Shown: positions 54,393 to 62,627 of the stretch, one piece after another | How positions within the stretch are numbered: the first letter of the stretch is position 1 | Layout: the number at the start of each line of letters is the position of its first letter | NCBI GenBank assembly: GCA_050010335.1 | Contig: JBEKLF010000008.1 | Span: 18,905-82,904, forward strand | DNA length: 64,000 nt | DNA from: Terriglobia bacterium | GTDB lineage: Bacteria > Acidobacteriota > Terriglobia > UBA7540 | Direction: 5' to 3' | Position numbers and translations under genes: made by a program | Notes under the pieces: generated by a model | Databases searched by the model: none | What the model saw: the letters and a program-made list of their open reading frames with translations, nothing else | Told to the model about the DNA's origin: nothing

Positions 54393-54679
54393 TCCCCCCC
54401 CCAGTGTGATGAAAATCTGGAACGACATGTTCGAAAGCGAGAGTGTGTGTCGTATACTGCCGCTGTCAGAAGTGCCAAAACGGAAATTCCGGTTACAATA
54501 GCGCGTAGGGCCATTCCCGCTCACAAGGTGGTTGTGGTTTTTGAGCATTGCCATTCAGGTGGGATGGCTCAACCAAGGGACCCGAACGTGGATTTGATAG
54601 ACAACTGCTACGGCATGAAATTCGCAATACCGGTCTGCGGGCGGGGCCTAACGCAAGACGTTCCTATCAGGAGCTCATA

Positions 54680-57670
54680 ATGACCGCTGATCAAAGATCG
54701 AATCAACAGTTGAATAATGATGATGGGGATGTTCACCGGCTGATAGAACGCGGCTTAGAATTCACCAACCGCGCCCTGGAGCTTTGTGGGCGCCTACCAG
54801 AGCTCCGCATCGGCACGCCTACCTCGATTAATTTGGGAACCCTCGGAGCAGACAGCATAAAGGTCAAACAGGAAATTTCGCGCGAGCTGGAAATTCTCCA
54901 GAACACGTTTGATCGGCTGCTTCTACGTGCGCGACTTCCAATTGTAGTGGGCGTGATTGGGAGATTCAGCGGGGGCAAATCCTCTCTGTTGAATTCGTTT
55001 TTCAGAAAGCTATTTCCCGACGGGTTGCCTGCAGGGCTATTGCGAGTAGCCGAAAATACAGCAACTGATTTGAGACTAACCTACATCACCCATACGGACT
55101 TTGTTTCGCAAGCCCAACAGACTCCCGATATAGAGATTCGGTCTTTTAAGCATGAGGTTTTGCGAAGAATAAATTTCATCGACACTCCAGGAACTGGTTG
55201 GAAAGCTTTCAACAAGAAAGAGGTGATCGACCTCGTAAGCTCCGCCGATATTCTCCTGTTCGTATCTAAGCCCTTCGATCTCCTAGACGACGATTCGGTA
55301 GAAATACTGAATCAGAAATTCATCTCCTTTAAGGAGACCCCGATGTGGTATGTAGTAACTTTCGCCTCAACGTACCCCCGGTCCCCTGTGAATGGTGAGA
55401 CACCGGATGAGGACAAATTTAAAGACGACTTAAGCGAAGCCAAGAGGAAATTGAAAGACAAACCGTGTGACAGCGCCGCTAAACTGAGCTCTCGAGATTG
55501 TGTAGCAGAGAATGTGGAGTTTAAGGCAGGTGAAAACACCTTTCTGGTGGACTCGATCAGTGGTTTTGGCACGAGTGAACTTCTTGCGAACATAATCTCG
55601 ACTTTTGACAGCAGCGAAGCTCGAATTACCAAACATAGGATTTTAGGTATGGAGGTTGAAATTGCCTACGAGTCGCTGTTGCGTACGCTGGAACAGACAG
55701 CTGAACATATTACCGCTATCAACAAAACCCTCAGTCTTGCATACCGAAGGTCGATCCACCCTGAAATCGAAAAATTCATCGGAACTGGGCTAGTCGCCGA
55801 GGTCACTGACATCACCCATAGCCTCTACTCTTGCATCAGCGAGGCGCGAACCAATACGGATCAATTCTTTCGCTCCGAACCACCGGTGCCTACCGTAAGT
55901 TACTCCACGGAATCGGCCGAAGTTACTATTCTCGAGTCTGAATTGCAAGACCTGAAGGACAGAAAACGAGCTCATTCATATGCTTATCGAGCGACTAACA
56001 TTCTGTTCGATGTGACATTACTTCGAAGCCGCATGGAGTCTATAAAATTAAACGCTGAACTCACCGTGTCGGGGGTCTTGGACGAGCTGTGGTCAAAGCG
56101 GTCGACTGGCAGCAGGACGTTCAGCCCCACATCTATCAACAGCTTGGTTAAGGAAACTGTCGAACAAGAAACAATTAAGATCGAAAAGGCTGCGGAAGAG
56201 AAAACAGACCGTAACCAGAAAATCCTCGATGATTACTTGAGGGTACCGGCCCAAAGGTTAAGGAACCGGTATAGCTCTGTGGATAAAAGGGGCACGATTT
56301 TTGCTCGTCAGAATGGCTTGTTAAACGCGATGGGACGGGACATTCCAGCTGCGTGTGACGAGCTTTATAAAAGGCTACAGGCCGTTTGCGAAACTACTCA
56401 GGATGTCCGATCAAACCTTACCTCAAAGTTCAATGCCGTGATTGAAAGCAGGATACCGACATTTGCTGGCTCCGCGGCAGGCCTCTTGCATGACTGTGTT
56501 TATATTCCTACCCAAGAGGCCCTAATGCTGGTTCTGGGAGACGAAGAGCTAATAGAGGCGAAGCTTCCCGGAAAGCCACAGACAGAGCAAGAATTATGCA
56601 AAGTCGGACTGAACTTGGCGGAATTGGTCCGACATGATGACGCCGAACTCGAACAGGCCCTGATAGAAGTTGGCGAGAATGCTAAGTCGGAGCTATTGGC
56701 AGCGCGGGGTCAATGGAACACTGAGTGGAATGACTTAAAAGGTCAATTCGACGTACTCACGGAAAGCGCGACAGAAATAACCGTGACCCTTGATGAAGGA
56801 ATTCGTGACTTAGCAAACCTCCTTAAAAGCGAGCGAGATGAAGGTTCGCACAAGATTCATCTCAAGCTACGGGAGGCAGCTACCGAGATAGGCAACGTAG
56901 CGCGTCAGAAGTCGGACCAAGTCAATCGCTCAATCGCGGATGCGCGATCGAAAGCGTCCATGAAGTATAAACTTCAGATTTTAGGTCTCATTCTTACAGC
57001 GATTACATCCGGTATTGGATTGTGGAAAGCATGGCCTACGAACACTGGAGGCGGTTCTCGCGCCCCGTTACTCATCATAGGTGGTATGGGCCTTGCAATC
57101 GCAGTATGGATCGTCAAGCAACTGGAAAGCAGACGCGAACAGGAACAGCGGACTGTTGACACGGAATTCAATAAGAGCGTCGACGGTCTTAGGCAGGCGG
57201 TCAGGGAAGCAGCCTCTGGAAAGATCGATGAGCTGTGCAACGAGGTTGAGGCACGCAATGGTAGCTTGGCGGAAGGACTTGATCGCGTGTACGGAGCCAC
57301 CATCGATACCTGTGAAAAAGGTAATTACAGGATTATTCCGAACTTAATGAGCGAGATTGAGAGAGCAGCACATTTGGCGATGCTGACTCAGAAGCGTATT
57401 GCAATGACCGCTGGGGCGGGGATCGCTCGGTTGACCCAATGTTTGTCAAATGGCGTGGAGAAAACCGCTCGTGAGGTGTCAGAGAAAATGCGGAACCAAT
57501 TTGCGGCGATTATTCGTACTAGCGGGGAGCGTTGCGCCGAAACAATTCGGACTCAGGTTCAGACGCATCGCAATCTGGCTAGCGACGTTCAGCAGCTAAT
57601 CGTCGCGCTTCGCAACGCACGGATCCAACGTAAAAGCTCTCCAGAGCGGCTGTCGCCGCCTCGTACATAG
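54680..57670 (+). CDS. Dynamin-like / MMR_HSR1-type P-loop NTPase, large membrane-associated protein
   Basis: SD CAGGAG. G1 GRFSGGKS (54950-54982) and G3 DTPG (55181-55192), but no NKxD. Long helical regions and a two-helix hydrophobic hairpin near 56974-57130. Confidence 0.65.
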   Translation: MTADQRSNQQLNNDDGDVHRLIERGLEFTNRALELCGRLPELRIGTPTSINLGTLGADSIKVKQEISRELEILQNTFDRLLLRARLPIVVGVIGRFSGGKSSLLNSFFRKLFPDGLPAGLLRVAENTATDLRLTYITHTDFVSQAQQTPDIEIRSFKHEVLRRINFIDTPGTGWKAFNKKEVIDLVSSADILLFVSKPFDLLDDDSVEILNQKFISFKETPMWYVVTFASTYPRSPVNGETPDEDKFKDDLSEAKRKLKDKPCDSAAKLSSRDCVAENVEFKAGENTFLVDSISGFGTSELLANIISTFDSSEARITKHRILGMEVEIAYESLLRTLEQTAEHITAINKTLSLAYRRSIHPEIEKFIGTGLVAEVTDITHSLYSCISEARTNTDQFFRSEPPVPTVSYSTESAEVTILESELQDLKDRKRAHSYAYRATNILFDVTLLRSRMESIKLNAELTVSGVLDELWSKRSTGSRTFSPTSINSLVKETVEQETIKIEKAAEEKTDRNQKILDDYLRVPAQRLRNRYSSVDKRGTIFARQNGLLNAMGRDIPAACDELYKRLQAVCETTQDVRSNLTSKFNAVIESRIPTFAGSAAGLLHDCVYIPTQEALMLVLGDEELIEAKLPGKPQTEQELCKVGLNLAELVRHDDAELEQALIEVGENAKSELLAARGQWNTEWNDLKGQFDVLTESATEITVTLDEGIRDLANLLKSERDEGSHKIHLKLREAATEIGNVARQKSDQVNRSIADARSKASMKYKLQILGLILTAITSGIGLWKAWPTNTGGGSRAPLLIIGGMGLAIAVWIVKQLESRREQEQRTVDTEFNKSVDGLRQAVREAASGKIDELCNEVEARNGSLAEGLDRVYGATIDTCEKGNYRIIPNLMSEIERAAHLAMLTQKRIAMTAGAGIARLTQCLSNGVEKTAREVSEKMRNQFAAIIRTSGERCAETIRTQVQTHRNLASDVQQLIVALRNARIQRKSSPERLSPPRT

Positions 57671-57749
57671 AATCCGCTTGCACCTCGACTGAATGCCGGA
57701 TGCCTCCAATATCCTCAGTGAACACCCAAAACCGGCCACCCGTGATCAC
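57579..57749 (-). pseudogene. Possible remnant of a small conserved ORF overlapping the NTPase 3' end
   Basis: GTG..VITGGRFWVFTEDIGGIRHSVEVQADSMYEAATAALESF, then a tail that is antisense to the NTPase stop region. Confidence 0.25.
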
Positions 57750-58067
57750 CTGAAAACCGGCCAGTGGAGATCCTCTCTAAAATGAAACCCGCATCCCGCA
57801 GGGTGCTGCCACCTTGACGGTTTGTCGCCTTGTCGGAAACTGGCCGTTGCTGGGTACACGTCCCACCCAAATACGTTCTTACTGGTCGCGTCATTTATGA
57901 ACACCCAGTTTGCGATTCAGCTCGGAGCGACTCGCTTCCTCGCAATCTATAGAGTCTGCTATAGAGTTTTTGCCGCGTACCCGCCGATGAGGCGCTCAAA
58001 ACCTGGCGCCCTTCAGACTGCTGAAATCGGCTCCTTTTAACCTGGTGCTGACAGGCTAGATCGGGTA

Positions 58068-58148
58068 GTGCCCAATTTGAGCGTAACGCCGCCATCTTGG
58101 CGGCTCCTGTGCCGGCTGGAAGCCAGCGCTACGCCCCAAAATTGGGAC
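58068..58148. repeat. REP-like inverted repeat
   Basis: gtgcccaatttgagcgtaacgc versus gcgctacgccccaaaattgggac, enclosing two mini-hairpins (gccgccatcttggcggc; gctggaagccagc). Confidence 0.6.
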
Positions 58149-58236
58149 ACGAGATCGCTGTTTTTTGACCGATTGCGCGGAATTCGCTAAAATCCATAAG
58201 TTTGGCCGTGTTTTGCCCGCGGCCACTGTGAGAAAT

Positions 58237-59412
58237 ATGCTGCGTTTCCAAACCGCCGGAGAGTCGCATGGTCAAGGCCTGATCGCCATGCTCACAGGGT
58301 TGCCCGCAGGCCTGCGAATTGACTTTGAATATGTGAATCGCGAACTGAAACGCCGCCAGGGCGGCTACGGGCGCGGCGGGCGCATGAAGATTGAAACCGA
58401 CGCGGCGCAGTTTCTATCCGGTGTCAGACATGGCCAGACCATCGGTTCGCCCATTGCTATCCTGATCGTGAATAGAGATTGGGAAAACTGGAAGGAGGCC
58501 ATGGCGGTGGAGGACCGCCCGGAATCGCGGGCCAAGTATAAACCGCTATCGCCGCCGCGTCCTGGCCATGCCGATCTGGCGGGATGCCTGAAGTACAATT
58601 TTCGTGAGGCGCGCTATGTCCTGGAGCGCGCAAGCGCTCGCGAGACCACCGCGCGCGTGGCGGTCGGGGCGGTGGCCAAACTCTTTTTGAAGAGTTTTGC
58701 CGTTGAAGTTGCCAGCCACGTCGTGGCGCTGGGTGAGGTGAGCCTTGGGGACGACCCTGTACCGTTTGAGGCCGTGCTGGCGCTGCGGGATCGTGAAGAT
58801 GTGATGTTGGCTTGCGTGGATCCTGCCACGGAAGCTCGGATGAAAGAAGAGGTGGACCGCGCCACGGAAAACCGAGATACCGTGGGCGGAACGTTTGAAA
58901 TTATCGCGCGCGGCCTTCCGCCTGGCTTGGGGTCATGCGCACAGTGGGATGAGCGGCTCGACGGCCAGTTGGCTCAGGCCGTCATGTCGATTCAAGCTGT
59001 CAAAGCAGTGGAAATCGGCAGCGGCATCGCGAGCGCCGCGGCGATGGGCTCAAACGTACACGACGAGATCGGATACGACCGCGCCCACTCGCGCTTTACG
59101 CGCAAAACCAATCGCGCCGGCGGCCTCGAGGGTGGAATTACCAACGGAGAAGACCTTGTGGTGCGAGGTTATCTGAAACCCATTTCGACGCTTCGGCGTC
59201 CGCTGGAATCGGTGGATTTTGAAAGTAAAGAAACGGCCAAGGCCGCCTACGAGCGCTCGGATGTTTGTGTGCTGCCGGCCGGTGGGGTGGTGGGGGAAGC
59301 GATGGTGGCGCTCATCCTGGCACGCTCACTTCTGGAGAAGTTTGGCGGCGATTCGATGGAAGAAACGCTCCGCAATTTTGGTGGCTACTTGGAGCAAATC
59401 AGGAGGTTCTAG
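58237..59412 (+). CDS. aroC: Chorismate synthase
   Basis: MLRFQTAGESHG, RRQGGYGRGGRMKIE and PGHADLAG. Confidence 0.9.
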   Translation: MLRFQTAGESHGQGLIAMLTGLPAGLRIDFEYVNRELKRRQGGYGRGGRMKIETDAAQFLSGVRHGQTIGSPIAILIVNRDWENWKEAMAVEDRPESRAKYKPLSPPRPGHADLAGCLKYNFREARYVLERASARETTARVAVGAVAKLFLKSFAVEVASHVVALGEVSLGDDPVPFEAVLALRDREDVMLACVDPATEARMKEEVDRATENRDTVGGTFEIIARGLPPGLGSCAQWDERLDGQLAQAVMSIQAVKAVEIGSGIASAAAMGSNVHDEIGYDRAHSRFTRKTNRAGGLEGGITNGEDLVVRGYLKPISTLRRPLESVDFESKETAKAAYERSDVCVLPAGGVVGEAMVALILARSLLEKFGGDSMEETLRNFGGYLEQIRRF

Positions 59413-59535
59413 CTCGAAACGCGAAAATCGAAATTCGAAACTCGCGAATGGCGTGGGCACGCAGGGTAGAACCCGCACCACCCATGTCATTCGAGTTTCC
59501 GATTTTCGAGTTTCGACTTTCGACTTTCGAAAATG
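59413..59535. repeat. Word-armed palindrome (TTCGAAA words)
   Basis: ctcgaaacgcgaaaatcgaaattcgaaactcgcgaatgg pairs with ccatgtcattcgagtttccgattttcgagtttcgactttcgactttcgaaaatg. Confidence 0.75.
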
Positions 59536-60042
59536 ATCTACCCAATCGTCAAATACGGTCGCGAAGTTCTGGAGAAGCCCGGCAATCCGATTGTCGACTT
59601 CGACAGCAATTTGGAAAAGCTTGTGGCGGACATGTTCGAAACCATGTACGCGGCGAATGGCGTGGGCTTGGCGGCGCCCCAAATCGGCTTGCCCCTACGG
59701 TTGTCCGTTATTGATACGACCTCGGGCGAGGATCCCAAAGCCAAGCTGGTGCTGGCCAATCCCGTGATCATTTCCATGGAAGGCGAGCACGTGCAGGAGG
59801 AAGGGTGCTTAAGCTTGCCGGATTTCCGCGCCAAGACGCCCCGCCCGGAGCGCGCCACGGTTCGGGCACACGATGTTCATGGCCAGGAATTCACCATGAC
59901 CGGGGAGGGCTTGCTGGCGCGCGCTTTCTGCCATGAGATCGACCACCTGAACGGCAAGCTGTTCATCCAACACGTCGGCCGCCTGAAGCGGGAATCTATT
60001 AAGCGCAAAGTGCGCCAAATGATGAAGGCGGGGGAGTGGTAA
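59533..60042 (+). CDS. def: Peptide deformylase
   Basis: GVGLAAPQIG, EGCLS and HEIDHLNG. Confidence 0.9.
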   Translation: MIYPIVKYGREVLEKPGNPIVDFDSNLEKLVADMFETMYAANGVGLAAPQIGLPLRLSVIDTTSGEDPKAKLVLANPVIISMEGEHVQEEGCLSLPDFRAKTPRPERATVRAHDVHGQEFTMTGEGLLARAFCHEIDHLNGKLFIQHVGRLKRESIKRKVRQMMKAGEW

Positions 60043-60115
60043 AGTCTGAAGGATGAAGGGTGAAGGATGAAGGCGGCGTCCACCTCTTACACTTGTTCAC
60101 AGTTTTTCAGGATTC

Positions 60116-61051
60116 ATGATTCTTCTTTTTTGCGGCACACCCGATTTCGCTGTTCCCACCCTGGAGAAGCTCGTCGCTGAGAACTTTCCCATTGACCTCG
60201 TGGTAACAAATCAAGACGAACCCAGCGGGCGCGGGTACGAAGTGAAAGCACCCCCCGTGAAGCAAGCGGCTCTGCGCGGGGGTCTGGAGGTCTATCAGCC
60301 GACAAAATTGAAAGAAGCAGCCACGGTGGAATTTCTTTCGCGCTACCGGCCCGACGCCATCGTGGTGGTGGCTTACGGTCACATCCTCCCAAAATGGCTG
60401 ATCGACCTGCCGCGGCTGGGATGTATCAATCTTCACGCGTCGCTTCTGCCTAAGTATCGTGGAGCCGCGCCCATTCAGTGGTCGCTGATTCGCGGGGAGA
60501 CAGTAACCGGTGTCACCACGATGCGTATCGATGTGGGGTTGGATACCGGCGACATTTTGCTGAAGAGGGAAGTGGAGATTCAGGATGATGACACATCGGA
60601 AACACTCAGTGAGCGGCTTAGCCAGCTCGGTGCCGAATTGATGATTGAAACTTTGCGGCGGTTGGAACGGGGTGACCTCGAAGCGCAGCCCCAGGATCAC
60701 ACGCAGGCGACGCTTGCGCCCATTTTGAAAAAGGAAGACGGGCGAATCGATTGGAACCTCTCGGCGCTGGAGATCTGGAATCGAATTCGCGGCCTGCGGC
60801 CCTGGCCGGGGGCTTACACACGCTTTCGCGGCAAACAGTTGCACATCTGGGCTGCCTCGCGCCCGGATGCCGGCGAGACCGTGCCTCTTGATACTGCTAC
60901 TCTGGTCGCCGATCGCGGCAGGCTCCGTGTGGTTTGCGGACAGGGAACGGCACTGGAGCTGGCGGAAATCCAACTCGAGGGCCGCAGGCGCCTTGCGGCG
61001 CGTGATTTCCTGAACGGGGTGAAAGTTTCCGTTGGCGAAAAAGTGGAATGA
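60116..61051 (+). CDS. fmt: Methionyl-tRNA formyltransferase
   Basis: ILLFCGTPDFAVP, INLHASLLPKYRGAAPIQW and a C-terminal beta-barrel. Confidence 0.9.
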   Translation: MILLFCGTPDFAVPTLEKLVAENFPIDLVVTNQDEPSGRGYEVKAPPVKQAALRGGLEVYQPTKLKEAATVEFLSRYRPDAIVVVAYGHILPKWLIDLPRLGCINLHASLLPKYRGAAPIQWSLIRGETVTGVTTMRIDVGLDTGDILLKREVEIQDDDTSETLSERLSQLGAELMIETLRRLERGDLEAQPQDHTQATLAPILKKEDGRIDWNLSALEIWNRIRGLRPWPGAYTRFRGKQLHIWAASRPDAGETVPLDTATLVADRGRLRVVCGQGTALELAEIQLEGRRRLAARDFLNGVKVSVGEKVE

Positions 61052-61054
61052 ACC

Positions 61055-61168
61055 GGAAATTATGAATTATGAATTCTGAATTATGAATTGCGAAACCGGT
61101 ACGCCGCTGCGTGTGCCAGAGAATTGCGCTCAGGTTTCAGAATTCATAATTCATAATTTATAATTGCC
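61055..61168. repeat. Word-armed palindrome (TGAATTA words)
   Basis: ggaaattatgaattatgaattctgaattatgaattgcgaaacc pairs with ggtttcagaattcataattcataatttataattgcc. Confidence 0.75.
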
Positions 61169-61174
61169 TTTCCC

Positions 61175-62557
61175 ATGCCCGTCTCCCCTGCTCGAAAAAT
61201 CGCATACCAAATTCTGTTTCGCATGGAATCCGGCCGGGGCTTCGCAGTCAATTTGCTGCAAAGCCCGGAGGTTTCCGCCTTGAAGGAGGCCGACCGGCGG
61301 CTGGCTACGGAAATCGTGATGGGGGTCCTGCGGTGGCGGGGGGAACTGGACTTCCAAATCGAGCAGGTTTCGGGGAGAAAGGTGAAAGGTTTCGACTCCG
61401 AAGTGCTGACGATTCTCCGCATGGGCGCTTACCAGGTTCTCTTCCTGGAGAGGGTCCCGAAGCGCGCGGTAGTGGATGATGCTGTCGAGCTAACGAAGGT
61501 GGCGCGCAAACGCTCCGCGGCGGGTTTCGTGAACGCGGTCCTCAGGAAGTTTGTACCTTCCCGGGATCGCGCGCCGGGGCACGACTTCGAACAGCTCTCC
61601 CCAGAGGGCCGGGAGAGCGTGCGGCGGGCCTTTCCGGCATGGTTGCTGAAGCGATGGGAGGCGCTGACCGCAACCACTCGCGAATCCGGCGAGTTGAGCG
61701 CGTTGAGACTAGCCTATGCGAGCCTCGAGACCCCTCCGACCACCCTGCGAGCTTCGCGCATTAGTGGGGATTTGCGGGATATCCACAATGAGCTGGCAGC
61801 CGAGGGCGTTGCCACATCATTTTGCGAGTACGCCCAAGAGCGAGGACTGATAATGGAATCCGGCCAGGTTCAAAATGCTCGGGCCTACCGGGAAGGGCGC
61901 GTGGTGATTCAGGACGAGGCTTCGCACCTCGTGGCGGAACTGGTGTCGCCCGAACCTGGCCAACGCGTTCTGGACCTCTGCGCCGCGCCGGGAATGAAGG
62001 CCGGTCAACTCGCGCAAATGCTGGGATCGGGAACACTGGTGGCCTGCGACAGCAGCGCCGCGCGCCTCCGCACACTGGCCAGGCTATTGCCGCAATGGAT
62101 TCCGGCGGCGGTATGCTTGTCGATGGTGCGACTGAACGCCGCGCGCGAGCTCCCTTTCGGAGTAAAGTTTGATCGCATCTTACTGGACGCGCCTTGTTCG
62201 GGAACAGGGACGTTGGCGCGCAATCCGGAAATCAAATGGAGGCTCTGTCCGGACGATATAACCCGCCTGGCGCAGTTGCAGGCCATGATGCTGCGGAACG
62301 CGCTCCCGGCCCTGGCGAACGGCGGGCTATTGGTTTATGCCACATGCTCACTTGGACCGGAGGAAAATGAAGAGGTGGTGGAGAAGGTCCTACGTGAACA
62401 ACCCGCTTTTCGCGTCCTTACTTCGCCCGAACTTGCTTTGAAGCACCCGCGCCTGATTCCCCTATTTGATTCGAGAGGATATTTTTGGACCCGCCCCGAT
62501 CAGCATCACATGGACGGATTCAACGCTGCGGTGATTGTCCGGAAGCAAAGCGAATAG
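61175..62557 (+). CDS. rsmB: 16S rRNA (cytosine967-C5)-methyltransferase
   Basis: NusB-like N-domain, DLCAAPGMK SAM motif, DAPCSGTG and TCSL catalytic Cys motifs. Confidence 0.85.
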   Translation: MPVSPARKIAYQILFRMESGRGFAVNLLQSPEVSALKEADRRLATEIVMGVLRWRGELDFQIEQVSGRKVKGFDSEVLTILRMGAYQVLFLERVPKRAVVDDAVELTKVARKRSAAGFVNAVLRKFVPSRDRAPGHDFEQLSPEGRESVRRAFPAWLLKRWEALTATTRESGELSALRLAYASLETPPTTLRASRISGDLRDIHNELAAEGVATSFCEYAQERGLIMESGQVQNARAYREGRVVIQDEASHLVAELVSPEPGQRVLDLCAAPGMKAGQLAQMLGSGTLVACDSSAARLRTLARLLPQWIPAAVCLSMVRLNAARELPFGVKFDRILLDAPCSGTGTLARNPEIKWRLCPDDITRLAQLQAMMLRNALPALANGGLLVYATCSLGPEENEEVVEKVLREQPAFRVLTSPELALKHPRLIPLFDSRGYFWTRPDQHHMDGFNAAVIVRKQSE

Positions 62558-62627
62558 CAGCGTGGGTCTGACTGCTTGCCTTTCTTGCCAGAGATTAGGG
62601 GCAGTGCTCTGGATATGGAAATGTGTC

